From the NCBI GenBank assembly GCA_041497895.1, contig JBGQHJ010000126.1, positions 1 through 14,298 on the forward strand: a stretch of 14,298 nucleotides of DNA. Reading direction: 5' to 3'. The DNA comes from Candidatus Methylomirabilia bacterium. Its GTDB lineage: Bacteria > Methylomirabilota > Methylomirabilia > Rokubacteriales > CSP1-6. The translations under genes and the position numbers were made by a program. Positions 7,336 to 14,249 of the stretch are shown piece after piece. Every line of letters begins with the position of its first letter. Positions within the stretch are counted from its first letter, which is position 1. Under the pieces are notes generated by a model that worked only from the letters and a program-made list of their open reading frames with translations, made no database searches and was not told the DNA's origin.

Positions 7336-8582
7336 GCGCCTCCGCCGCGGATCGCGCGACCCGCCTCGGCCACCGCCGCGTCGTCGATCGCGCCCGCGCC
7401 GGGGATGACCGGCACCGGCCCGTCCATCAGGTGCGGGTAGCGCAGCCCGGTGGCGGTGTTGAACACCACCACCCGGGACGTCGGCCCGAGCTGCCCCTCG
7501 CGCACCATGCGACGCACCGCCGCGATGGTGGCCGCGCCCTCCGGCGACAGGAACAGCCCCTCGTGCCGGTTCACCCAGCGCATCGCCTCCAGGCTCTCCG
7601 CGTCGGGCACGCCCACCGCCCAGCCCTTGGTGGCGCGGAGCGCCCGCAGGACCACGTGATCGGAGAAGGGCTTCACCACCATGATGCCGGGGGCGATGGT
7701 CTCGACGTGCCGCGCGCCCACACATTCGTCGGCGCCCTCGTGGAACGCCTTCACCAGCGCGCCGCCCTCGACCTGCACCGACACCAGCCGCGGCCGCTCG
7801 CTGCCGATCCACCCGAGCTCCTGCAGCTCGTCGAAGCCCTTCCACATCCCGATGATCCCGACCCCGCCGCCGGTGGGGTACAGGATGGCGTCGGGCGTCT
7901 GCCAGCCGAGCTGCTCGGCGATCTCGAGGCCCATCGTCTTCTTGCCCTCGAAGCGGTACGGCTCGCGGCCCGCGCCGGCCAGCAGCCAGCCGTGACGCGC
8001 GGCCGCCTCCCCCATCATCCGGAAGACGTCGCCCACCGTGCCGTCCACGCGGTACACGTGCGCGCCGTTCTGCAGGCTGCCCTTCCAGCCGAGCTCCGGG
8101 CACGACACCGGGAGCGCGGTGTGGATCTCCACGCCCGCCCGCGCCCCGTACGCGGCCCACGCGTGGCCGCCGCTGCCCACGGTGGGCTGGGCGAAGCGGG
8201 TGACCCCCAGCTCCTTCCACCGCGAGATCGACGCGGAGGCGCCGCGCGCCTTGAAGGTGCCGGTCGGATTCACCCCCTCGTCCTTCACCCACAGGCGGGC
8301 GACGCCGGCCTCGCGCGCCGCCTTCGGCACCGGGATCATCGGGGTGAAGCCCTCGCCCATGGTCACGATGGACGCCTCGTCGCGCACCGGGAGCAGCTCG
8401 CGGTAGCGCCACATGGAGGGCGGCCGGCGCGCGATGTCGGCGGGCGTCACCGCCTTCCGGATGCCGGCGAGGTCGTAGCGGACCAGCAGCGTGCTCCCGC
8501 AGTCGCAGAGCGCCCGGGCGGTGTCACCGGGATAGTAGGCGGAGCAGCGGCTGCATTCGAGGCCGGCCAGGAAACCGCTCAT
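7332..8582 (-). CDS. thrC: Threonine synthase-like PLP-dependent enzyme (fold type II), divergent
   Basis: N-terminal CxxC...CxC ribbon, MWRYRELLP, TMGEGFTP, KDEGVNPTGTFKARG (PLP lysine), PYRFEGKKT, YPTGGGVG and PEGAA. SD GGAGG. The family call is secure, but orthology to housekeeping thrC is doubtful (see findings). Confidence 0.88.
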   Translation of the reverse strand: MSGFLAGLECSRCSAYYPGDTARALCDCGSTLLVRYDLAGIRKAVTPADIARRPPSMWRYRELLPVRDEASIVTMGEGFTPMIPVPKAAREAGVARLWVKDEGVNPTGTFKARGASASISRWKELGVTRFAQPTVGSGGHAWAAYGARAGVEIHTALPVSCPELGWKGSLQNGAHVYRVDGTVGDVFRMMGEAAARHGWLLAGAGREPYRFEGKKTMGLEIAEQLGWQTPDAILYPTGGGVGIIGMWKGFDELQELGWIGSERPRLVSVQVEGGALVKAFHEGADECVGARHVETIAPGIMVVKPFSDHVVLRALRATKGWAVGVPDAESLEAMRWVNRHEGLFLSPEGAATIAAVRRMVREGQLGPTSRVVVFNTATGLRYPHLMDGPVPVIPGAGAIDDAAVAEAGRAIRGGGA

Positions 8583-8607
8583 CGGGATCCTCCGTGGGGG
8601 TCGTGGC

Positions 8608-9450
8608 TCATCCGCGCCGGCCGCGAAGCCGCGGCTCGAGCAGATCGCGGGCGCCGTCGCCGAGGACGTTCATGCACAGCACGATCATCATGATGGCGAG
8701 CCCGGGAAACGTGGCGAGCCACCAGCCGTTGATCAGGTACTCACGGCCGTCGGCGAGCGCCATCCCCCAGCTCGGGGTGGGTGGGGGCACGCCGAGCCCG
8801 AGGAAGCTGAGCGTGGACTCGAGCACGATCAGCCGCCCGATCTCGGTGGTCATGATCACGAGCGCGTAGGAGAGCACGTTGGGCAGGACGTGGCGGAGCA
8901 GGATCCACCAGGCCGGGCAGCCGAGGCCGCGGGCGGCCTGGATGAACTCGGTCTCGCGCAGGCTCAGGGTTTGGCCGCGCACCACGCGCGCGTAGGTGAC
9001 CCAGCCGCTCAGGGCGAGGATGATCAGGAGATTGGGCAGGCTCGGGCCCAGCACCGCGATGACCGTGATCGCGAAAAGGAGGAACGGGAAGGCGAGCTGC
9101 ACGTCGATGAGCTTGGCCACCACCGAGTCCGCCCGGCCGCGGAAGTAGCCGCCGAGCATGCCGAGCGCGAGCCCGATCGTGCCGCCGATGAGGGACGACA
9201 CCACCCCCACCAGGAGCGACACGCGCGCGCCGAAGATGATGCGGCTCAGGATGTCGCGCCCGAGCTGGTCGGTGCCGAGCAGGTGTCGCGCGCTGCCCGC
9301 CGCGGTCCACGCGGGCGGCTGCAGGCGCGCGGAGAGATCGCCGCGGGTCGGGTCGTAGGGGGCGAGCTGCGGGGCCAGCAGCGCGCAGAGCACCGCGGCG
9401 ACGACCGGGGCCGCGGCCAGGAGCAGGAGCGTGGGCACGCGCGGCCGCAT
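8608..9450 (-). CDS. ABC transporter permease, DppC/OppC type
   Basis: HLLGTDQLGRDILSRIIFGARVSL, the EAA loop EFIQAARGLG...RHVLPN, and LSFLGLGVPPPTPSWG. The ATG at 9450 overlaps the upstream TGA (TGATG). 280 aa. Confidence 0.95.
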   Translation of the reverse strand: MRPRVPTLLLLAAAPVVAAVLCALLAPQLAPYDPTRGDLSARLQPPAWTAAGSARHLLGTDQLGRDILSRIIFGARVSLLVGVVSSLIGGTIGLALGMLGGYFRGRADSVVAKLIDVQLAFPFLLFAITVIAVLGPSLPNLLIILALSGWVTYARVVRGQTLSLRETEFIQAARGLGCPAWWILLRHVLPNVLSYALVIMTTEIGRLIVLESTLSFLGLGVPPPTPSWGMALADGREYLINGWWLATFPGLAIMMIVLCMNVLGDGARDLLEPRLRGRRG

Positions 9451-10370
9451 CAGGCCCGCAGCTTGACGCGCGGATCGAGCCACGCGTAGCACAGGTCGAC
9501 CAGGAGATTGGCGAGGACGAACACCATCGCCATCACGAACACCGCCGCCTCCACCAGCGGGAAGTCGCGGTTGTAGATGGCGAAGATCATGAGCCGGCCC
9601 ACCCCCGGCCAGGCGAAGATCATCTCGCAGACGATCGCGCCGCCCAGGAGCAGGCCGAACTGCAGCCCGACCACCGTCACGATCGGCATCGCCGCGTTCT
9701 TGAGCGTGTGCTTGAGGACGACCCAGCGCTCGGGCAGGCCCTTGGCCCGCGCGGTGCGGACGTAGTCGGCGTCGAGCACCTCGAGCATCCCGGATCGCAC
9801 CAGCCGCGCCATCGCGGCCATCGGGTAGCTGGCCAGCGTCAAGGCCGGCATCGCGAGGTGCCGCCAGGTGCCGTAGCCGGAGGTGGGGAAGAGCTTGAGG
9901 ATGACCGCGCCGACCAGCATCAGCATCAGGCCGGTCCAGAAGATCGGCGCGGACTGGCCGAGGGCGGCGAGGCCGACCGCCAGCCGGTCGAGCGCGGAGC
10001 CGCGGCGCGCCGCCGCGAGGATGCCGAGCGGCAGCGCCACCGCCAGCGCGAGCACCAGCGCGCTGCCGGCCAGGAGCATCGAGGCGGGCAACCGCTCGGC
10101 CACCAGGCCCATCGCGGGCTGCTGGTGCTGGAGCGAGACGCCGAAGTCGCCGCGCGCCACCCGGGCCAGGAAGCGGCCGTACTGCACGAGCAGCGGCTGG
10201 TCGAGCCCCAGCGTCCTCGTGAGCGCGTCGATCTCCTCGCGGCTCGCGTTGGACGGCAGCATCATCATCACCGGATCGCCGGTGAGGTGCAGCACCACGA
10301 ACACCAGCGTGAGCACGCAGAACAGCACGATCAGGGTGTGCCCGAGCTTGGCGAGGAGGAAGTCGCGCAT
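9450..10370 (-). CDS. ABC transporter permease, DppB/OppB type
   Basis: Last 306 codons of the 9450..11693 ORF: MRDFLLAKL...GLDQPLLVQY...GDFGVS...DYVRTARAKGL...KHTLKNA...EMIFAWPGVG...RDFPLV...DLCYAWLDPRV. Confidence 0.95.
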   Translation of the reverse strand: MRDFLLAKLGHTLIVLFCVLTLVFVVLHLTGDPVMMMLPSNASREEIDALTRTLGLDQPLLVQYGRFLARVARGDFGVSLQHQQPAMGLVAERLPASMLLAGSALVLALAVALPLGILAAARRGSALDRLAVGLAALGQSAPIFWTGLMLMLVGAVILKLFPTSGYGTWRHLAMPALTLASYPMAAMARLVRSGMLEVLDADYVRTARAKGLPERWVVLKHTLKNAAMPIVTVVGLQFGLLLGGAIVCEMIFAWPGVGRLMIFAIYNRDFPLVEAAVFVMAMVFVLANLLVDLCYAWLDPRVKLRA

Positions 10371-10381
10371 GCCGGATCGGT

Positions 10382-10414
10382 CCGGCGCCCGGCTCGTGTC
10401 CGGCCGGGCGCCGG
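10382..10414 (-). terminator. Perfect 12-bp GC stem-loop between the SBP and permease genes (mRNA stabiliser or partial terminator)
   Basis: CCGGCGCCCGGC (10382-10393) and GCCGGGCGCCGG (10403-10414) with a 9-nt loop and no U-tract. Confidence 0.6.
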
Positions 10415-10429
10415 CCGTCGACCTCCAGA

Positions 10430-11959
10430 TCAGCGATAGGAGATGTCGTAGAGGATGATGCGCTGATCGCCCCGCGCCTGGTACTTCACCTCGTTGCGGA
10501 CCGCGTCGATCAGCTCGCCCTGGAAGAGGAAGAGCTCGGGCGCCTCGTCGTGCCAGATCTGGGCCGCCTCCTGGTAGTTGCGCAGCCGCTTCGGCACGTC
10601 CAGGGTGACCCGCGCCTCCTCCATCAGCTTGTAGAACGGGGTCCCCTCGTAGTTGCCCGGCCAGATCTGGTGGATGATGCCGCCCGGCCCGCGGAGGCGC
10701 CAGATCACCCCGTCGGTGTCGTAGGTGGTGCTGGCCGGGTCGGCGAGGAGCAGGCCCGGGAAGGTGTTGGTGCGCAGGAGCTGGCTCCGCTGCGAGGGCT
10801 CGAGCACGCCGACCTTGGGGCGGACGCCCACGTCCTGCAGCATCAGCGCCACCGCCTCGGAGAGCTGGCGGTCGTTGAGGTGGATGCCGTTGCCGCTCTG
10901 GATGTCGACGTCGACCCCGTTCGGGTAGCCGGCCTCGGTCAGGAGCTGCCGGGCCCGCGCCGGATCGAAGGGGTAGGGCTTGATCTTGGGGTTGTAGCCG
11001 AAGTCGGTGTTGGGGATCCCGCTCCCGATCGGGATCGCGTAGCCCTTGTAGAGCTCCTTGATGATCTTGTCCTTGTCGACCGCGTAGTTGAGTGCCTGGC
11101 GCACCTTGGTGTTCGCGAGCGGGCCCTTCTGGGCGTTGATCAGGTACACCGTCACCAGGTTGGTCAGGGTGTGCTCGACGCGGCAGCACCCGGCCTTCTC
11201 CACCTGCGAGACCTGGTCGGGGACGACCTTGGTGATGATCTGGGCCTCGCCGCGCGTCAGCGCCGCCACTCTGGCAAAATTGTCGGGAATGGGGCGCCAG
11301 ACGACCTTCTTGATCTTGGGGGCGCCGCGCCAGTAGGCGGCATTGGCCTCGAGCACCACCCGATCGTCCTTCACCCACTCCACGAACTTGTACGGGCCGG
11401 TGCCCACCGGCTTGATCGCGAACGCTTTCCAGTCCACCTGCTTGATGTACTGGGGCGGCAGCATCTGGCCGCCGTAGCCGGCGAAGCGCTTGACCAGGAT
11501 CGGGTCGGGCTTGCTGGTCACGATGTTGATGGTGTAGGCGTCGATTACGTCGGCCCGCTCGATGGTGCTGAACCCGCCGTAGACCTGGTGCACGCCCTTG
11601 GTGATCAGGCGGTCGACGGTGAACTTCACCGCCTCCGCGTTGAACGGCTCGCCGTCGTGGAACTTGACGCCCTGGCGCAGCTTGAACTGCCAAGTGACCG
11701 GGTCGACGCTGCGCCAGGAGACCGCGAGCTCGGGGACGAGCTTGCCGATGTCCTTCGGGTCCCAGGTCACCAGCGCGTCGTAGAGGTTGTAGAAGAGGTT
11801 CAGGTTGTGGATCTGGGTGGCCTGGGTCGGGTCGAGCGTGGTGATGTCGGCGCCCTGGGCGATCACCAGGTCCTGCGCGACGGCGGGACCGGCGGGCAGC
11901 GCGAGCGCGAGCAGGAGCAGGACCAGACCGATCGTGACGACGCGAGCGGTGCGTGGCAT
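10430..11959 (-). CDS. ABC transporter substrate-binding protein, family 5 (peptide/nickel; DppA-like)
   Basis: Sec signal MPRTARVVTIGLVLLLLALALPAGPAVA, then TLDP, PELAVSW, FKLRQGVKFHDG, PVGTGPYKF and KVRQALNYAVD. ATG 11959 with SD GGAGG. 509 aa. Confidence 0.95.
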   Translation of the reverse strand: MPRTARVVTIGLVLLLLALALPAGPAVAQDLVIAQGADITTLDPTQATQIHNLNLFYNLYDALVTWDPKDIGKLVPELAVSWRSVDPVTWQFKLRQGVKFHDGEPFNAEAVKFTVDRLITKGVHQVYGGFSTIERADVIDAYTINIVTSKPDPILVKRFAGYGGQMLPPQYIKQVDWKAFAIKPVGTGPYKFVEWVKDDRVVLEANAAYWRGAPKIKKVVWRPIPDNFARVAALTRGEAQIITKVVPDQVSQVEKAGCCRVEHTLTNLVTVYLINAQKGPLANTKVRQALNYAVDKDKIIKELYKGYAIPIGSGIPNTDFGYNPKIKPYPFDPARARQLLTEAGYPNGVDVDIQSGNGIHLNDRQLSEAVALMLQDVGVRPKVGVLEPSQRSQLLRTNTFPGLLLADPASTTYDTDGVIWRLRGPGGIIHQIWPGNYEGTPFYKLMEEARVTLDVPKRLRNYQEAAQIWHDEAPELFLFQGELIDAVRNEVKYQARGDQRIILYDISYR

Positions 11960-11999
11960 CGGGATGCCTCCGTGGAGTGGGAGAGAACGGCGGTGACGA

Positions 12000-13178
12000 T
12001 CAGAACGGCCAGCTGCCATAACGACCCTGCAGGATCGGCGGGCGCCCGAAGCGCTCAGACGAGAACGGCGTGGCGTCGACCACCGAGACGCGCCCGTCGA
12101 CCACCAGCTCCGCCACCATCTCGCCGATCACCGGCGAGTGCTTGAACCCGTGCCCGCTGAAGCCGAGGGCGTGGACGAGCCCGGGCACCTTCGGGCTCCG
12201 CTCGATGACGAAGTGTAGGTCGGGGGTCAGATCGTAGACCGACGCGTAGCCGCCGACCGCCTCCGCGTCCGCGAAGCCGGGGAAGCGGCGCGCGGCCGCC
12301 TCCGCGGTCCACGCCACGCGGTCCGCGTCCACTCGCTCGGAGAAGGCGTCGGGATCGACCGGCGCACTGACCCCGGCGCGATTGCGCGTGCCGACCAGCA
12401 CGAGGCCGCCCGTCTCGGGCCGGTAGTAGGCGCGGTCCACCATGTCGACCAGGACCGGGCGCGGGGCGGTCGCGTCGGCCCGGGGTTTCAAGATCACGAG
12501 CTGCTGCCGGCTCGCCACGATCGGCAGGTCCACGCCGACCGCGCGGGAGAGCGCCGCGCCCCACGGCCCGGCCGCGTTCACCACGGTGGCGGTCGCGATG
12601 TCGCCGCCTGCGGTGCGGACGCCCGAGATGCGTCCGCCGGTGAGCTCGAAGCCGGAGACCAGCGTGTCCTGGCGGATCTCGACGCCGAGCTCGCGCGCGC
12701 GGGCCGCGTAGGCCTGGCTGACGCTCGCGGGATCGCCGTAGCCGGTGTCGGTCTCCCAGGCCGCGCCGCCGAGGCCGTCGACCGCGAGGCCGGGCACCAC
12801 GCGCTCGAGATCGCGCGGGCCGATCTCCTCGACCTTGACCCCGAGGCGCTGCATCATCGCCACCGTCTCGCGCATGGCCGGCACGTCTTCCGGCCCGACC
12901 GCCATCACGAGCCCGCAGCGGGTGATCTCGGCCGGGCGGCCGGTCAGCTCCTCGAAGTTGGTGTACGCCTCGAACGAGCGGGCCGCCATCCGGGCGTAGA
13001 GCTCGATCGAGTAGTGGCGGCGCAGCAGCGCGCTCGATCGGCCGGTGGGGCCGGAGGCGACGTGACGCTTCTCGAGCAGCACGACGCGGCCGGCCCGCCG
13101 GCGGGCGAGCTGCAGCGCGATGGAGGTGCCCATCACGCCACCGCCCACGATGACGACGTCAGCGGTCGCGGCGGCCAC
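12000..13178 (-). CDS. FAD-dependent oxidoreductase, DAO/sarcosine oxidase beta (SoxB/DadA) family
   Basis: Rossmann motif DVVIVGGGVMG...LLEK, SGPTGRSSA, VVNAAGPW, YDLTPD and GFSGHGFKHSP. GTG start 6 nt after the aminotransferase stop. 392 aa. Confidence 0.93.
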   Translation of the reverse strand: MAAATADVVIVGGGVMGTSIALQLARRRAGRVVLLEKRHVASGPTGRSSALLRRHYSIELYARMAARSFEAYTNFEELTGRPAEITRCGLVMAVGPEDVPAMRETVAMMQRLGVKVEEIGPRDLERVVPGLAVDGLGGAAWETDTGYGDPASVSQAYAARARELGVEIRQDTLVSGFELTGGRISGVRTAGGDIATATVVNAAGPWGAALSRAVGVDLPIVASRQQLVILKPRADATAPRPVLVDMVDRAYYRPETGGLVLVGTRNRAGVSAPVDPDAFSERVDADRVAWTAEAAARRFPGFADAEAVGGYASVYDLTPDLHFVIERSPKVPGLVHALGFSGHGFKHSPVIGEMVAELVVDGRVSVVDATPFSSERFGRPPILQGRYGSWPF

Positions 13179-13184
13179 CGGTGA

Positions 13185-14102
13185 TCACCCGTGGACCGGG
13201 ATGCGCCACTCGGGATGGGGCGCCGAGCCGTCGCGCACCGCGCGGAAGTAGGCGTCGCGGACCTTGGCGGTGAGCGGCCCCATGACGCCCTCCCCGACCG
13301 GCCGCCGATCCACCGACAGGATCGGCGTCACCTCGGCGGCGGTGCCCGCGAAGAAGGCCTCGTCGGCCACGTAGAGCTCGGTGCGGTCGATCTCGCGCTG
13401 CTCCACCGTCACCCCGAGCGCCTCCGGGAACAGGGTGAGGAGGGTGGCGCGGGTGACCCCTTCCAGGATGTTGCTCGTCACCGACGGGGTCATCGGCTGG
13501 TCGTCGCGCACGAGGAACAGGGTGTAGCCGGGCCCCTCCGCCACGCTCCCGTCGCTGTTGAGCATGATGGCGTCGTCGTAGCCGTCGGTCTTGGCCTGGA
13601 GCAGGGCGAGCCGGCTGTTCTGGTAGTTGGCCGCCGCCTTCACCCGGGCCGGGATGGCGTTGTCGGCGGTGCGGTGCCACGAGCTCACGCCCACGTGGAG
13701 GCCGGGCGTGTCGAAGTACCGCGTGGTCGGAATCGGCGCGATGACGTAGCCGACCGGCTCGCGCGAGGCGAGCCCGCCGTCGTCGGTGTCCACGAACACG
13801 ATCAGGCGGACGTGCAGGTCCTCGCGGAGCTCGTTGGCCCGGATGATCTCGAGCGTCTCGCGCTCGAGCCGGGCCGCGTCCGCGGGCAGGGGGATGCGCG
13901 CGATCTTGGCCGAGCGCTCCAGGCGCCGCAGGTGCTCGCGCAGACGGAAGACGTAGAGCTGCTGGTCCGCGTCGCTCCAGTACGCGCGCATGGCCTCGTA
14001 GACGCTGGCCGCGTACTTCATCGCGGTCGAGAGCACGTGGACGCGCGCGTCCTCGTAGGGAACGATCGTGCCGCTCATGTTCAGGAGGCGGGGCTTGGCC
14101 AT
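13185..14102 (-). CDS. ilvE: Class IV PLP aminotransferase, branched-chain amino acid aminotransferase-like, divergent
   Basis: From ATG 14102: ...FRLREHLRRL...VKAAANYQNS (catalytic Lys and Tyr)...GYDDAIML...AEG...ILEGVTR...ADEAFFAGTAAEVTP. GAGGA lies upstream. Specificity motifs differ from canonical IlvE. 305 aa. Confidence 0.9.
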   Translation of the reverse strand: MAKPRLLNMSGTIVPYEDARVHVLSTAMKYAASVYEAMRAYWSDADQQLYVFRLREHLRRLERSAKIARIPLPADAARLERETLEIIRANELREDLHVRLIVFVDTDDGGLASREPVGYVIAPIPTTRYFDTPGLHVGVSSWHRTADNAIPARVKAAANYQNSRLALLQAKTDGYDDAIMLNSDGSVAEGPGYTLFLVRDDQPMTPSVTSNILEGVTRATLLTLFPEALGVTVEQREIDRTELYVADEAFFAGTAAEVTPILSVDRRPVGEGVMGPLTAKVRDAYFRAVRDGSAPHPEWRIPVHG

Positions 14103-14128
14103 GGTCTCGGTCCTCGGGCTCGGGGCGG

Positions 14129-14221
14129 TTACGGCCTCACGTCGGTGCGATGGGACTCGGGGCGGAAGGTGATGGCGTCCTCGATCGGACTCGCGATGAC
14201 GGTGGTGGTGACGTGGCCCAT
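14129..14221 (-). CDS. 30-aa small ORF MGHVTTTVIASPIEDAITFRPESHRTDVRP: possible leader peptide or gene remnant
   Basis: ATG 14221 to TAA 14129, below the ORF-track cutoff. 27 of 29 non-start sense codons end in G/C. It ends 26 nt before the aminotransferase ATG. No SD seen. Confidence 0.45.
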   Translation of the reverse strand: MGHVTTTVIASPIEDAITFRPESHRTDVRP

Positions 14222-14249
14222 GTATACCAGCAATCGGTGGCGTTGCCAA
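14221..14249 (-). promoter_or_regulatory. Possible sigma70 promoter TTGGCA-17nt-TATACA with a TG extension, overlapping a GTATAC-centred palindrome
   Basis: -35 at 14249-14244, 17-nt spacer, -10 at 14226-14221. The -10 lacks the conserved final T and overlaps the small-ORF ATG. Confidence 0.35.

Noticed and set aside
7326..7340. Overlapping convergent stop codons (CTAG) flanked by GGCGCC
   Set aside because: Four-base overlaps of convergent stops are common and GGCGCC is frequent at this GC content. There is no evidence for a terminator or insertion site.
6787..8693. Long ORFs 6787..8412 (-) and 7092..8693 (+)
   Set aside because: Off-frame or antisense to the ThrC-like and DinB genes, with no family motifs and low-complexity R/G/P composition.
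10371..11693. N-terminal extension of the 747-aa permease ORF, which could suggest an SBP-permease fusion or frameshift
   Set aside because: It is an alternative frame over the SBP gene with Arg/Gly/Pro-rich nonsense composition. The SBP has its own stop at 10430 and the permease begins normally at ATG 10370.
14229..14248. Possible sigma54 promoter (TGGCA...TTGC) on the minus strand
   Set aside because: The GG to GC spacing is 14 nt rather than the required 10.
14103..14249. 49-aa N-terminal extension of the aminotransferase with a His-rich tract (HHHRH) from TTG 14249
   Set aside because: Family homology begins at MAKPRLLNMSG (14102). The His run is the out-of-frame reading of the ACC-ACC-ACC codons of the small ORF.
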